64,000 nucleotides of DNA, taken from contig NIVC01001069.1 in assembly GCA_002269645.1 (NCBI GenBank), forward strand, positions 248,001 through 312,000, written 5' to 3'. This DNA is from Macrostomum lignano (Eukaryota). The notes under the pieces were generated by a model. It was not told where the DNA came from and ran no database searches. It was given only the letters and a program-made list of their open reading frames with translations. This document shows positions 1-11,345 of this stretch, piece after piece. Position 1 is the first letter of the stretch, and every line of letters begins with the position of its first letter. Both the position numbers and the translations under genes were made by a program.

Positions 1-453
1 ATTACTGTTTTTCTACTTTAATGCTCGCACAAACCTTTCTGCACATCCGCGTGTTGAGGCTAGTTTTTTTTTAATAATTACAGTGCTCAAGTTTCAGGTT
101 GACGTTTTATGCAGAAAGCAAAATATTTAAGAGCTAAGCTGGATTATGTTGAAATTTCGCGCATCCTGTCAGTATTTAATAACAATTAACTGTATGCATA
201 ATACGTATCTGTGGTGTATCACAGTCTTTAAAATTGTTGCAACCAACCAAAAAGGTACTTTATGTTCACAAATCGTCGGTGGCGCCCCCCCCCCAATGGA
301 AAATCCTGTTTACGCCACTGAGGAGGGGACGCAGGCCTAAAATGGACCCCCACAAAAAAGGCTCCTAAAAAATAAATGAAAGTGATGACCAAGCTCAACG
401 AGGGACTGAAGCTCAGCTTTTACCCCCGCTTGGAAGTGACATATCCCGAGCGC

Positions 454-1538
454 ACACCAAGAGACAGAGGCGCCCACCAAGAGACAGGGGTATGCACCCA
501 CCAAGAGACAGGGGTATGCACCCACCAAGAGACAGGGGCGCCCACCAAGAGACAGGGGCGCCCACCAAGAGACAGGGACACCCACCAAGAGACAGGGACA
601 CCCACCAAGAGACAGGGGCACCCACCAAGAGGTAGGGAGCGCCGGAAATAGACAGGGGCACCCATCAAGAGGCAGGGGCACCCACCAATAGACAGGGGCA
701 CCCACCAAGAGACAGAGACGCGCACAGACAGGGGCGCCTACCAAGAGACAGGGGGCGCTTACCAAGAGACAGGGGCGTCCATCAAGGACAGGGGCGTCCA
801 CCAAGAGACAGGGACACCCACCAAGAGACAGGGGCACCCACCAAGAGACAGGGGCGCCCACCAAGAGACAGGGGCGCCCACCAAGAGACAGGGGTATGCA
901 CCCACCAAGAGACAGGGGTATGCACCCACCAAGAGACAGGGGCGCCCACCAAGAGACAGGGGCGCCCACCAAGAGACAGGGACACCCACCAAGAGACAGG
1001 GACACCCACCAAGAGACAGGGGCGCCCACCAAGAGGTAGGGAGCGCCGGAAATAGACAGGGGCACCCATCAAGAGGCAGGGGCACCCACCAAGAGACAGA
1101 GACGTGCACAGACAGGGGCGCCTACCAAGAGACAGGGGGCGCTTACCAAGAGACAGGGACACCCACCAAGAGACAGGGGCGCCCACCAAGAGACAGGGGC
1201 ATGCACCCGCCATGAGACAGGGGTATGCACCCACCAAGAGACAAGGGCATGCACCCACCAAGACACAGAGGCATGCACCCACCAAGAGACAGAGGCGCCC
1301 ACCAAGAGACAGGGGCACCCACCAAGAGACAGGGGCACCCACCAAGAGACAGGGGCACCCACCAAGAGACAGGGGCACCCACCAAGAGACAGGGGCACCC
1401 ACCAAGAGACAGGGGCACCCACCAAGAGACAGGGGCACCCACCAAGAGACAGGGGTACCCACCAAGAGGCAGGGAGCGCCGGAACTAGAGACAGGCACCC
1501 ATCAAGAGGCAGGGGCACCCACCAAGAGACAGGGGCAC
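454..1538. repeat. GC-rich 20-bp minisatellite (ACCAAGAGACAGGGGCACCC)n
   Basis: Period 20 is directly readable (e.g. 1321-1440), with 21/41-bp variants. It explains all overlapping ORFs from 337 to 1605. Confidence 0.95.
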
Positions 1539-1751
1539 TGTTGTATATTAACAGAGAAGACACAGAGTATGCCCCCAGTCCAATGTTTTGTTGTCTAGGG
1601 CACAACCTATTATTTTATAATAAAGTAGTTACAACATGAGTCAAGAGGAGTTTATATCTAACGGAGCAATACGATAGTTCGAACCGCTTAAGCGAACCAT
1701 TGCCTTCTTACTTAAATGTGGCAGCTCCAGGTCGGAGCAGAAGACATAACA
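1539..1751 (+). repeat. 5' LTR of decayed Ty3/gypsy element A
   Basis: Starts TGTT and ends AACA, followed by PBS TGGCGACGAG (1753-1762) and then gag. No partner LTR seen in the window. Confidence 0.8.
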
Positions 1752-1789
1752 GTGGCGACGAGTACAAAATCGGCAAGTTTGACGTGGCT

Positions 1790-3430
1790 AAACCGGATCA
1801 ATGGCTACGAAGAGCGGCTAGAACAATTTCTCGTCGTGAATGAAGTGACCGAGGAGGCACAAAAGCGAACGAGCTTGATCACAGTGATAGGCAATGACTG
1901 TTATCAATTGCTACGCAACCTGCTATCGCCTAAGAAGCCAAAGGATGTGGCATACGACGAAAAAGTGAAGACGCTGAGGGAACACTTCAACCCGAAGCCG
2001 AAGATTGTCGTCGAGCGGTACAACTTCCACAGCAGAGTCCAACACGAAGGAGAAACAGTGAGTGACTTTGTTGCAAGTCTGCGGAGGTTGGCAGCCACGT
2101 GTGGTTTTGACAAGTTCCTGGGGAGGCACTGAGAGTCGTTGGCCTCAGGAACAGGCTCATCCAGCAGCGATTGCTACGAGAAGAGACACTGACCCTGTCG
2201 GGTGCACTAACGCTAGCGACTGCGATGGAAGCAGCAGAGCGAGGAGTCGTGACTATCACCTCCGCCACAGGAGTCGGTCATAGTGTCAATTTCTCGAAGG
2301 AAACTAACAAGCAATAAACTGCAGCGCATCATGAGAAAAGGAGCCGCGCCCAAGATGAATGTTTCCGCTGTAACGCGAAGGATCATTGGGCAAGGAGCTG
2401 TCCAAATAGGAATAAAACGTGCAGCAAATGCGGCCGAGTAGGACATCTTAGAGATGCATGCCGTGTACAAAGGACAAGGCAAAAGAGTCTGGAAGTGGCA
2501 GGTCGAAGCGATTCAACTCTTCAAAACGTGGGAAGTCCGGTAGAGTGCATTACGCACGGAATTTCGACAGTGGGTCAGAAAGTGAGGGTTCGGACTGCAG
2601 TGGTCGAGACAAGCATTCCGAGATCAGGACTGTGTTTGCTACAGGAATGGCTGGCTTTAGTGGATCAGCACCGTACATGTGCGAGTTAAATATAAATGGG
2701 CATTTTGTAAATTTCCAACTGGATACTGGCGCAGACAAGACTCTTATTAACGAAAATACTGGCAAGAAAATTGGCTTAAGGTGGTCTAAATCTAATGTTA
2801 GACTGTCAAGCTACACCGATCATCTCAAACCAGTTCTGGGCGAAACTGTCGTTACCGTATCTAACTATTAGGAAAGACAGTGCCAACTGACTGCACTTGC
2901 TGTGAAGGGAGACAGAGTGAATCTTCTAGGTCGGGACTGGCTCTCTTCGTTAAAAATTGACTGGAGCAAGTTTGCACATGTGAAAACAACAACTTTGGTT
3001 CCACCTATCGAGCGGTTAATGAAGAAGTATGATCAAGTGTTTGCTGAAAGCCTTGGCACTATCAAGGGGTTAAAGGCCAAAATACTGTTGAAAGAAAACT
3101 TCATTCCAAAGTTTTGCTAGAGTCGACCGGTGCCATTTGCGATCAAAGGCCTCATTGAAGAGGAGCTGGCGAATTTGCAAGCTCAAGGCATAATAAAAAA
3201 AGTGAGCGCATCAGACTTTGCATCTCCGATTGTCCCAGTTTTGAAGCGCGATGGAAAATCCGTAAGGATTTGCGCTGATTTCAAGAGAACCGTTAATCCT
3301 AAATTGGAAGTTGACAAGTGCCCTCTGCCGAAACCGGAAGAAATTTTCGCAACTCTGAATGGTGGAAGAGTCTTCTCAAAATTGGATATTTCGCAAGCGT
3401 TTTTACAACTGGAACTGGAGGATTCTTGCA
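1790..3430 (+). pseudogene. gag-pol pseudogene of element A
   Basis: Frameshifts near 2125 and 2460; in-frame stops at 2315, 2869 and 3118; RT ends before the YxDD motif. Confidence 0.88.
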
Positions 3431-3714
3431 CATGTAAATTCAAGGTGCTTTTACCATAGACACTTGCATTTCTGCACGCGACTTCCAAAGCATTCTTGCA
3501 CGCTGGATCAAATAAGAATGTTTCACAAAGAAGGAGTTAAAATATTTCACCAATATGTTTTTGGACATCATTTTATACTAATTGTTTCGCGTCCCGGTAG
3601 TTTAAGTTGTCCCTGGCTATATACTTATATCGGGCTCGTCCACTCAGAAAATTTGATGTCGAGTAAAACAAACCGCTTGTCCAATCGGAAAATTTGGTAT
3701 GTGTCGAGTATAAC

Positions 3715-3880
3715 TGTTGTGTATGAACTTAAGTTCTATGGTTTATGGTGAAGCCTTATTCATATTTTAAGTATAGCAGCCAGCTACTTCGCTTCGGAAA
3801 ATATACGCGCTGCATGCATCTACGATCTCTTCCTAACTCGGCATCTTGCATTCGTCTTCGTTACTACGAAAAGTGCAACA
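3715..3880 (+). repeat. 5' LTR of element B (166 bp)
   Basis: Matches 7799-7965 apart from 2 substitutions and a 1-nt indel by eye. Confidence 0.97.
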
Positions 3881-3892
3881 TGGCGACGAGGA
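3881..3892 (+). other. Primer-binding site TGGCGACGAGGA (tRNA-Ser(GCU)-type 3' end)
   Basis: Directly follows the LTR and is complementary to ...UCCUCGUCGCCA, the typical 3' end of tRNA-Ser(GCU) (recalled knowledge, not searched). Confidence 0.75.
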
Positions 3893-3942
3893 AAATTTAA
3901 TTCGCCGCGGGACGATACTGCAGTCACCAAATCTTCATCCCG

Positions 3943-4578
3943 ATGTCTTCCGGACTCGACTTCCGACTGGGGGAGATGCCGCTGTGCTACCCCGATGTCG
4001 AACAGTATTTCAAGCGCCTCGGTTTTTACATTAGCGCAACGGAAAAGAATGACCAGAGCAAAGCCGTTCTACTTGCTACTTGTGGAGATGCCGCATTTTC
4101 ACTGATTGAGACACTTGTGCAGCCAGAAGACATTTTAAACGATACAAAGTGTACGTTCGATTTCATCAAAGAAGCGGTAGTAGTGAGCCACTTGAAACCC
4201 AAGCGCCTTCTTCACTACGACAGACATCTGCTACATACCATGGTCCAAATACAGGGTGAGTCGGTGACAAAGTTTTTGGAGAGACTGAAGACACAGGCCA
4301 ACAAATGCGAATTCGGCAACCTGCGAGAAGAGTTAATTCTTTCTCAGTATATTTTCGGACTGGCTGATAATTCTCTGAAGCAAAAATTACTAGTGAAGGA
4401 AAAGCTGGATCTAGAGACTGCGGTTAAGGATAGTCTCTTATCGGAGTCCGTATCTCAAGCTACTGATTCGAGCAAAACCGTCGCAGCAGTGCAGAAAACC
4501 ACTCACAAGAAGAACCGGCAGCAACCAAAAGTATCCAACGGTATCCAGGCCAATGCCAACAACGCCGAATCATTCTAA
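3943..4578 (+). CDS. gag: Gag (capsid portion) of element B
   Basis: 211-aa ORF with Mag-like gag motifs (LLATCGDAAFSLI, QIQGESVTKFLERLKTQANKCEFG). The zinc knuckles are not in this frame. Confidence 0.88.
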   Translation: MSSGLDFRLGEMPLCYPDVEQYFKRLGFYISATEKNDQSKAVLLATCGDAAFSLIETLVQPEDILNDTKCTFDFIKEAVVVSHLKPKRLLHYDRHLLHTMVQIQGESVTKFLERLKTQANKCEFGNLREELILSQYIFGLADNSLKQKLLVKEKLDLETAVKDSLLSESVSQATDSSKTVAAVQKTTHKKNRQQPKVSNGIQANANNAESF

Positions 4579-7500
4579 GTCTAGCTGCCATTCCTGTGGT
4601 AACCCGGGTCATCTTAGAAATACCTGCAAGTTCCGTAATGCGACATGTCACAAGTGCGGAAAAACCGGGCACATTGCCAGAGCATGCAGGTCCAACATCG
4701 GTGGCAGCAAGAAAGTCACGTACGCGGAAGTTGAAGCAACCGACGCTGATCCACCTGATTCAGCTGTGTACTCGGTGATCAAGGCTACTCCATGCGACGA
4801 ACTCTGGAAAATAGTCTGCACGATCGGTGATTCCACAGTCCATATGTGCGTCGACTCTGGTAGTCAGGTAACAATTTTGCCAGCATCCATCGTAGAGCAA
4901 GCCGGATTGCACATGGTTGACGCGGACATTCGATCACTCAAAGTTTTCGGGGGAGCTTCAGTTTCCGTACGAGGCATGGCTAAGGACGTCACAATTGAGC
5001 TGAGAAACGGCAAAACGGCATGCGGAGACATATATGTCGGGGACCAATCCAGTCAAGCCATTTTGGGAATAAATTTTATTCGTGCCTTCAACCTATTGAC
5101 GGTAGACGAATTTCTGTGCCATCCAGTGCAGTGTGATGAAAATTCAAGATTCCAGGCCAGCTTTCGCCTGAAGGACGGGGCCTCTACCGATGGAATGTGC
5201 TTTCCTGTCAGATCCCTTCCGTTCTCAATTAAAACTTTGGTTGAACTGGAGCTGAAAAGACTGGAAAGTGCAGGTATCATCTACCCGCCTAAGGTATCGT
5301 GCCCTATTGTTCCTGTGTTGAAACCAGAAGGATCAAAGAGACCCATTAGACTGTGTGGAGACTATTCAGTCACTCTCAACAGACTGATAAACCGAGATCG
5401 ATATCGACTGCCAACTTTGAAAGAAATCCTTCAAAAGATCCCAAATTCGAAAGTGTATTCAGTGCTTGACCTCGAAGACGCATTCTTGCAGATTCCCCTA
5501 ACGCCAGAAAGTCAGGATCTTACGTGTATTTCCACCCACGTAGGACATTTTGCCTTCCGCAAGTTACAATTTGGGATATCGGCAGCACCACTGATATTTC
5601 AGGAAGTTATGGATATCTTGCTCAAAGGAAAACCAGGCACTGCTTCTTATCAGGACGACATCATTCTAGGCACTGAAACAATGGAGCAGCATCGACAGAT
5701 CCTGGTGCAAGTCAAGGAAAAACTGAAAAAGCATGGATTCAAGATCAATGAGCGTAAGACTCAGGAGTGCAAGAAAGAAGTCACATTTCTGGGATTTCTC
5801 CTCCGAGATGGGAAACTTTTGCCTGATCCTGCAAGAGTGGAAGCTCTATCCAACTTGACATTGCCAAAAGACCGGGATCAATTGAGAAGTGCTATATGCA
5901 CCTTAAGACACTACGGGATTTTTTGTCGGAACTTCTCTATGATCGCCAAGCCGCTCTATTACCTCCTAAAGAAAGGGGTTCAGTGGAAATGGACTGTCGT
6001 TCACTCAAGTGCGTTCTCCCAACTGAAAGCTGCTGTAACGGAAGGTCGAATCGTTTCTTATGATATAAAAAGGCCGTTGCTTCTAACCTGCGACGCTTCT
6101 CAGAGTGGAGTCGGATTTGTGCTGTCCCACGACACGAACCAAAAAGAAGTTGTATGGCTGGGAAGCAGAGTTTTGACCAAGGCTGAGGCCAACTACGCCA
6201 ACCTTGAGCGGGAGGCTCTTGCAATTATCGAGGGTGTAAAATATTTTCATCAATTTCTGGCAGGCCGTCGTTTTACAATCATCTCTGATCACAGACCTTT
6301 GCAGTACATCTTCTCTACAACAAAAGTTCCTGACCGAGTTTCTGCGAGACTCCAGAGATGGGCATTGCTGCTCAGATCCTATGACTACACTGTCACTTAC
6401 TCAAAAGGAGACACCATGCTCGCAGCAGATACTCTGTCCAGAATTCCTTCAACAAACGCTTCTACTTCGTTTTCAAATTTTGATGTCAATCTGCTGGAGG
6501 TAAACTCTCTCGTAGAATTTTCTTCTTCTGGGACAATTCTTCGGCGTGTCGCCAACACCAGAGACCCTGAAATTGATATTATCAAGAAGTTTGTTACTCA
6601 AGGTTGGCCAAGCTACATTTCTAAACAGCTGCTTCCGTACACCAAATCCAAGGCGGAGTACTCCATTCAAAACGGGATTCTGTTCAAAGGGATCCGAATC
6701 GTGCCTCCAAAGTTCATGCGCAGAGAAATTCTTCAAATTCTTCACGAGAATCATCCGGGCATTGTGCGCATGATCAGACTAGCTCGAGAGTACTTCTGGT
6801 GGCCTTACATTGACGCCCAGATCAATAGCTTCGTTCAAAGGTGTCCTTCCTGCCAACTAAATTCGAGAAAGCGAACAAATGCAAATCTGCATTCATGGGA
6901 AGATGCAAAGTTCTTCTTCGAACGTGTTCATCTGGACATAGCATATTTCAAGGAGAAACACTTCTTGGTTCTCATCGACTCCTTCTCTCGGTGGATTGAT
7001 GTACATCAGCTGTCAAATCTCACAGCCAACTCTCTTATTCCAGCATGCAGACGAACATTTAAGTACATGGGACTTCCAACGTGCATTGTGATTGACAATG
7101 GAACCAATTTTCGATCAAAAGAGTTCACAGAATTTCTCAAGAAGAATCTAATTAACCATGTCCTAACACCACCTGGTCATCACCAGTCAAATGGGATTGT
7201 GGAGAGAGCTATCCAAGAGTTGAAAGTGACTCTGAAGCAGAACAGTAATGACATAGGTTCCGAATGTGAGAAGGTGTTGATATCATTCTGCCTTTCGAAG
7301 AACACTACACCGAATTCCGAAGGAGCGATTCCTGCTGCACAACTGTTTATGCAACGCCCAAGAACGCGCCTCACTGCAACCTTTACAGAATGGGACAAAC
7401 CGCTAACTACCCCAATTCCTGTCTACATCAACGTAGGAAAGTCAGACAAGGTCCCAGAAGAAATCCAAGGACTTCATGGATCCAATACCTACTTGGACAG

Positions 7501-7726
7501 CAAAGGACGGGTTGTCCATGCATCTGATGCAACGCCAAGGACTACAGAGAACTCACAAGAGATTACCTCGCCTGGACCTGCCAATGTTGGCAGCAGCAAG
7601 GAGAAGGAAATGGAGACTACGACTCCTGCTGAAGTGGATACAACCAGCGATCAAAGTCCCGAGTACCAAGTTTCTCGTCGAAGTCAGAGGCTCCGAAAAG
7701 CCGCTGATCGGCTGACCTATTCCTGA
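4553..7726 (+). CDS. pol: Zinc knuckles + Pol polyprotein (PR-RT-RNaseH-IN) of element B
   Basis: 1057 aa uninterrupted: two CCHC knuckles, protease VDSGS, RT LDLEDAFLQI/YQDD, RNase H CDAS, integrase HHCC (HENHPG...CPSC) and D,D(35)E (HLDIA, DNG, NGIVER). Confidence 0.95.
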   Translation: MPTTPNHSKSSCHSCGNPGHLRNTCKFRNATCHKCGKTGHIARACRSNIGGSKKVTYAEVEATDADPPDSAVYSVIKATPCDELWKIVCTIGDSTVHMCVDSGSQVTILPASIVEQAGLHMVDADIRSLKVFGGASVSVRGMAKDVTIELRNGKTACGDIYVGDQSSQAILGINFIRAFNLLTVDEFLCHPVQCDENSRFQASFRLKDGASTDGMCFPVRSLPFSIKTLVELELKRLESAGIIYPPKVSCPIVPVLKPEGSKRPIRLCGDYSVTLNRLINRDRYRLPTLKEILQKIPNSKVYSVLDLEDAFLQIPLTPESQDLTCISTHVGHFAFRKLQFGISAAPLIFQEVMDILLKGKPGTASYQDDIILGTETMEQHRQILVQVKEKLKKHGFKINERKTQECKKEVTFLGFLLRDGKLLPDPARVEALSNLTLPKDRDQLRSAICTLRHYGIFCRNFSMIAKPLYYLLKKGVQWKWTVVHSSAFSQLKAAVTEGRIVSYDIKRPLLLTCDASQSGVGFVLSHDTNQKEVVWLGSRVLTKAEANYANLEREALAIIEGVKYFHQFLAGRRFTIISDHRPLQYIFSTTKVPDRVSARLQRWALLLRSYDYTVTYSKGDTMLAADTLSRIPSTNASTSFSNFDVNLLEVNSLVEFSSSGTILRRVANTRDPEIDIIKKFVTQGWPSYISKQLLPYTKSKAEYSIQNGILFKGIRIVPPKFMRREILQILHENHPGIVRMIRLAREYFWWPYIDAQINSFVQRCPSCQLNSRKRTNANLHSWEDAKFFFERVHLDIAYFKEKHFLVLIDSFSRWIDVHQLSNLTANSLIPACRRTFKYMGLPTCIVIDNGTNFRSKEFTEFLKKNLINHVLTPPGHHQSNGIVERAIQELKVTLKQNSNDIGSECEKVLISFCLSKNTTPNSEGAIPAAQLFMQRPRTRLTATFTEWDKPLTTPIPVYINVGKSDKVPEEIQGLHGSNTYLDSKGRVVHASDATPRTTENSQEITSPGPANVGSSKEKEMETTTPAEVDTTSDQSPEYQVSRRSQRLRKAADRLTYS

Positions 7727-7798
7727 TTTATTTGATCGTTAGACAAAATAGAAAACAGTCATTTATTTCTCTCCAGGTTAATTGCTAAAATGTGGGGG

Positions 7799-7965
7799 TG
7801 TTGTGTATGAACTTAAGTTCTATGGTTTATGGGTGAAGCCTTATTCATATTTTAAGTATAACAGCCAGCTACTTCGCTTCGGAAAATATACGCGCTGCAT
7901 GCATCTACGATCTCTTCCTAACTCGGCATCTTGCATTCGTCTTCGTTACTACGAAAAGTACAACA
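7799..7965 (+). repeat. 3' LTR of element B (167 bp)
   Basis: Direct repeat of 3715-3880. Confidence 0.97.
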
Positions 7966-9798
7966 AAGCAATTTGTCCAATCAGATTGCTTTTCATGAGC
8001 AGAATTTGAGGCAGAACTTCAAAAGTTTGATCAACTTTGAGGCAGAAACTTCCAGCTCAGTTATAAGAGAGTGTGAATTTGGGAGGAAAGCTGAATCCGA
8101 TCGAAGTTTTTTTTAAGTTTTCTTTTTTCGCCCTGCATGCTGGCCATGAAGATGATCCTGGCCAATTTTTTAGGCGAAGGCCGCGCGCAGTGTACTTGAA
8201 GCATGCAGCTTCCAGACAATCATACAAATCGATCAGCGCGATTCTAAAAAAATTTAAACCATCCGCCAGACATACATGTATATGTTTTTAATACTTAAAA
8301 GCTCTGCTAGTTCTTCGAGCTATCCACTGACAAGTTATTTTTTTCTACACAGCTCTCTAGGCCTAAAAAGCCCCAATCAAAAATTAAAGTTTTTTAAGGC
8401 CGAACCCATCAAACTCGTCAAATAGTCATACATGTAAAAGGCCTTCAGCGTACATACACGAAGTATGTGAACTCGCATTCCGGGCATTGCCGAATGGCAT
8501 AAGCCAACAAGTGAATGCAGTTAATAATGGTTTTTACCGTATAGACGTTGTAGTACTTTGAATAAAAATACTTGGTAGATCAATCAACATGCAGACAATA
8601 TATATACATGTATATGGCACATTTGCACGCTAGCTAATCGCGATCTTTGTCTATGGTAAATTTTACGTTTTAATTTTACGAATTTCTATCAGAAGTACGA
8701 CTACAAACTAATCCAAGGACCACTAGAATGATTTTTAACTGCCATTTTCTCCTTATTCAACCTTATTCATTCCTCCTTATTTATTGCTTACATTACTTGT
8801 AATAATTGATTGAAATAATAATGGTTTTTGTAGCAAGGTGTCACATCTAGTCCGGCAGATTAAAAACACCGTAAAAAGCAGGCGTTTTCTTGCAAAAAAG
8901 TATTGAGTAACAAAAACAGCGTTCTGTATATTTTGTACATAAACTTTGTCATTTGAAAGATGTTTATTTTGAGAGGTTTTAGTTTAAATATTTATTTTCA
9001 GCGTAATTATAAAACTAACTTTTTGTTTCTTAACGATAAAAATTGGGCACAGAGAGACCAGACTCTGCTTGATTGATTGATAACAACAATTTTTCGGGGG
9101 TCATGCATGTTCTAACTCTTGAGGTTTTGCTTTGCCTTACTTACGATATTTAAATCTTGCGAAAAACAGATTTAGAAATTTATTAGATAGAGCATTGATT
9201 TGATAAGCCCTATTTTAAAAGAACTTGAAATTGTAGCCTTAGATTTCAGCTATTTCAGCTTATCATAAATAATTTTTTTCCAAATTGAGAGTAAACCTAG
9301 TGGTAATGGCTAACAAACTTGTATTAATTACTCCTAAAATTGTTCTTCATATCATAGCACTAGGCCTTTATGAGGCTTAGTGATAATAGGTTCTGTTCTT
9401 AGCCAACAAAAGTCCTATACTGACCTATAGGCCAAGCTTATATTTTTTCCTAGTAGCTATTAGTAGGCCTAATGTAAAAAAGATAGTAAATTTGCCTAAT
9501 CAAATGCAGTCAAATCATGGCTATTTCAAAGACAGCTATGGAATTTTAATTAGATTTTTTGTCAAAAGCAAGATTTAATCTTGTTGCATACATGCGCAAC
9601 TGCTGGCCGACCTGGCCGATCCGGCCACCGTAAATCGTGGCTGACCAGGGGTAAGTCGCAAAATTGAGTCAACCAAAAGCAGAAAAACACAAGAACCAAG
9701 AAAGGCAAGAGGAAAGTGAAAGAAAGAGCAGTTCAGGGAAAATCGTGAAGCAAAAGAAAAACAATTCGCAAAAAAAGCAAACTAAGTTGTAAAAATAA

Positions 9799-10455
9799 TC
9801 AGGTAAGTCGCAAAAGAAGCAAACTAAGTCGCAAAAAGGATCAGGTAAGTTGCAACAGAAATCAGGTAAGTCGCAAAAAAAGCAAACTATGTCGCAAAAA
9901 GGATCAGGTAAGTCGCAAAAGGATTAGGTAAGTCGCAAAAAGGATTAGGTAAGTTGAAAAAAGGATTAAGTAAGTCGCAAAAAGGATTAGGTAAGTCGCA
10001 AAAGGGTTAGGTAAGTCGCAAAAGGATTAGGTAAGTCGCAAAAGGATTAGGTAAGTCGCAAAAGGATTAGGTAAGTCGCAAAAAGGATTAAGTAAGTCGC
10101 AAAAAGGATTAGGTAAGTCGCAAAAGGGTTAGGTAAGTCGCAAAAGGATTAGGTAAGTCGCAAAAAGGATTAAGTAAGTTGCAAAAAGGATTAGGTAAGT
10201 CGCAAAAAGGATTAGGTAAGTCGCAAAAAGGATTAAGTAAGTCGCAAAAAGGATTAGGTAAGTCGCAAAAGGGTTAGGTAAGTCGCAAAAGGATTAGGTA
10301 AGTCGCAAAAAGGATTAAGTAAGTTGCAAAAAGGATTAGGTAAGTCGCAAAAAGGATTAGGTAAGTCGCAAAAAGGATTAGGTAAGTCGCAAAAAGGATT
10401 AGGTAAGTCGCAAAAAGGATTAGGTAAGTTGCAAAAAGAAGCAACTAAGTCGCAA
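9799..10455. repeat. 20-21-bp minisatellite (GGTAAGTCGCAAAA(A)GGATTA)n inside the TIR element
   Basis: Directly visible tandem array; its core equals the element's subterminal motif. Confidence 0.95.
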
Positions 10456-10713
10456 TAAGAGGGAAGTAAGTCACAATCAGAGGCAATCAGGGGGTAGTAG
10501 GTGCAAGTGTGGCAGGAGAGCAAAACCAGAATAGAAGCCTTCAACAACAGACAAGATCTTTGAAATCAGAAGCCCGCGTCAACAGTTTCCCATTGATTTC
10601 TTAAACTCTGAAGCAGGGGTCGGCAAACTCCGGCTCGCGAAGCCCCTCTATCTGGCCCTCGCCCCTCGGGTTCTTTGAAACTTCCTAACTACGAGTAGCA
10701 AGGTTGGTGTCTC

Positions 10714-11345
10714 TTCAACTCTCATCTCTCTCTTCTTCTCTACCTTGCCTCCCCTCTTCTCTCTCTCCCCCTTTTCCCTCTTCTCTCTCCTCTCATTTTT
10801 ACTCTCCTCTCTTCTCCCCCTTTCTCTCTACCCTTTCTCCTCAATGCCCTCTTCTCTCCTCTTATCTTCAGCAAAAATATGTGCATATTTTCTTACTTCA
10901 AAGTAGAGGGAATAGAAGATTAGAGATAAGCAAACAGAGGAGAGGTGAGCGATGCGATGGGAGAAAAGATAGAAGAGGAGAGAAAAGCTGAGGGAGGAAA
11001 AAGAGATGAGAGAGAAGAGGAGATGAGAGGAAAGAGGAAAGAAAAGATGATGGATGAGATCAGAAGAGAGGAAAGAGGAGAGAGTAGATGAGTAGATGAG
11101 AGAAGAGAGGATAAAGAGGAGATGAGAGGAGAGATGAGAGAGTAGAAAAGAGAGGAGAGATAAGATGAGAGAGTGGAGAGAGACGAGAGGGAAGATAAGA
11201 TGAGAGAGTAGAGTGGAATGGAGAGAGGCGAGAGGAGAGATAAGAATGTAGAGAGGACACAGAAGAGATAGGAGAGGAGAGGAAAGAGAGAAGGGATAAG
11301 GGATGAGAGAGAAAAGAAAAAGAGGATGAGAAGATTGAGGAATGG
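10714..11345. repeat. CT-rich then GA-rich low-complexity tract
   Basis: Pyrimidine tract (10714-10862) followed by a purine tract (10915-11345). Confidence 0.85.

Larger units (their letters stand above)
1539..3430 (+). mobile_element. Decayed, 3'-truncated Ty3/gypsy (Mag-like) LTR retrotransposon A
   Basis: LTR+PBS; gag (ERYNFHSRVQHEGETVSDFVASLRRLAATCGF); two CCHC knuckles at 2360-2461 (CFRCNAKDHWARSC, CSKCGRVGHLRDAC); protease LDTGA; RT N-terminus (SPIVPVLKRDGKSVRICADFK...FSKLDISQAFLQL). Homology stops near 3430. Confidence 0.92.
3715..7965 (+). mobile_element. Near-intact Ty3/gypsy (Mag-like) LTR retrotransposon B
   Basis: Paired LTRs 3715-3880 and 7799-7965 (TG...CA), PBS at 3881, G-rich PPT-like tract just before 7799, gag and PR-RT-RH-IN ORFs in gypsy order. 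Confidence 0.97.

Noticed and set aside
311-320. TACGCCACTG resembling the right TIR of a MITE
   Set aside because: No matching left end or TSD in the window; 10 bp is too little evidence.
337-1605. Multiple 80-240 aa ORFs on both strands
   Set aside because: They are translations of the 20-bp minisatellite and have no domain content.
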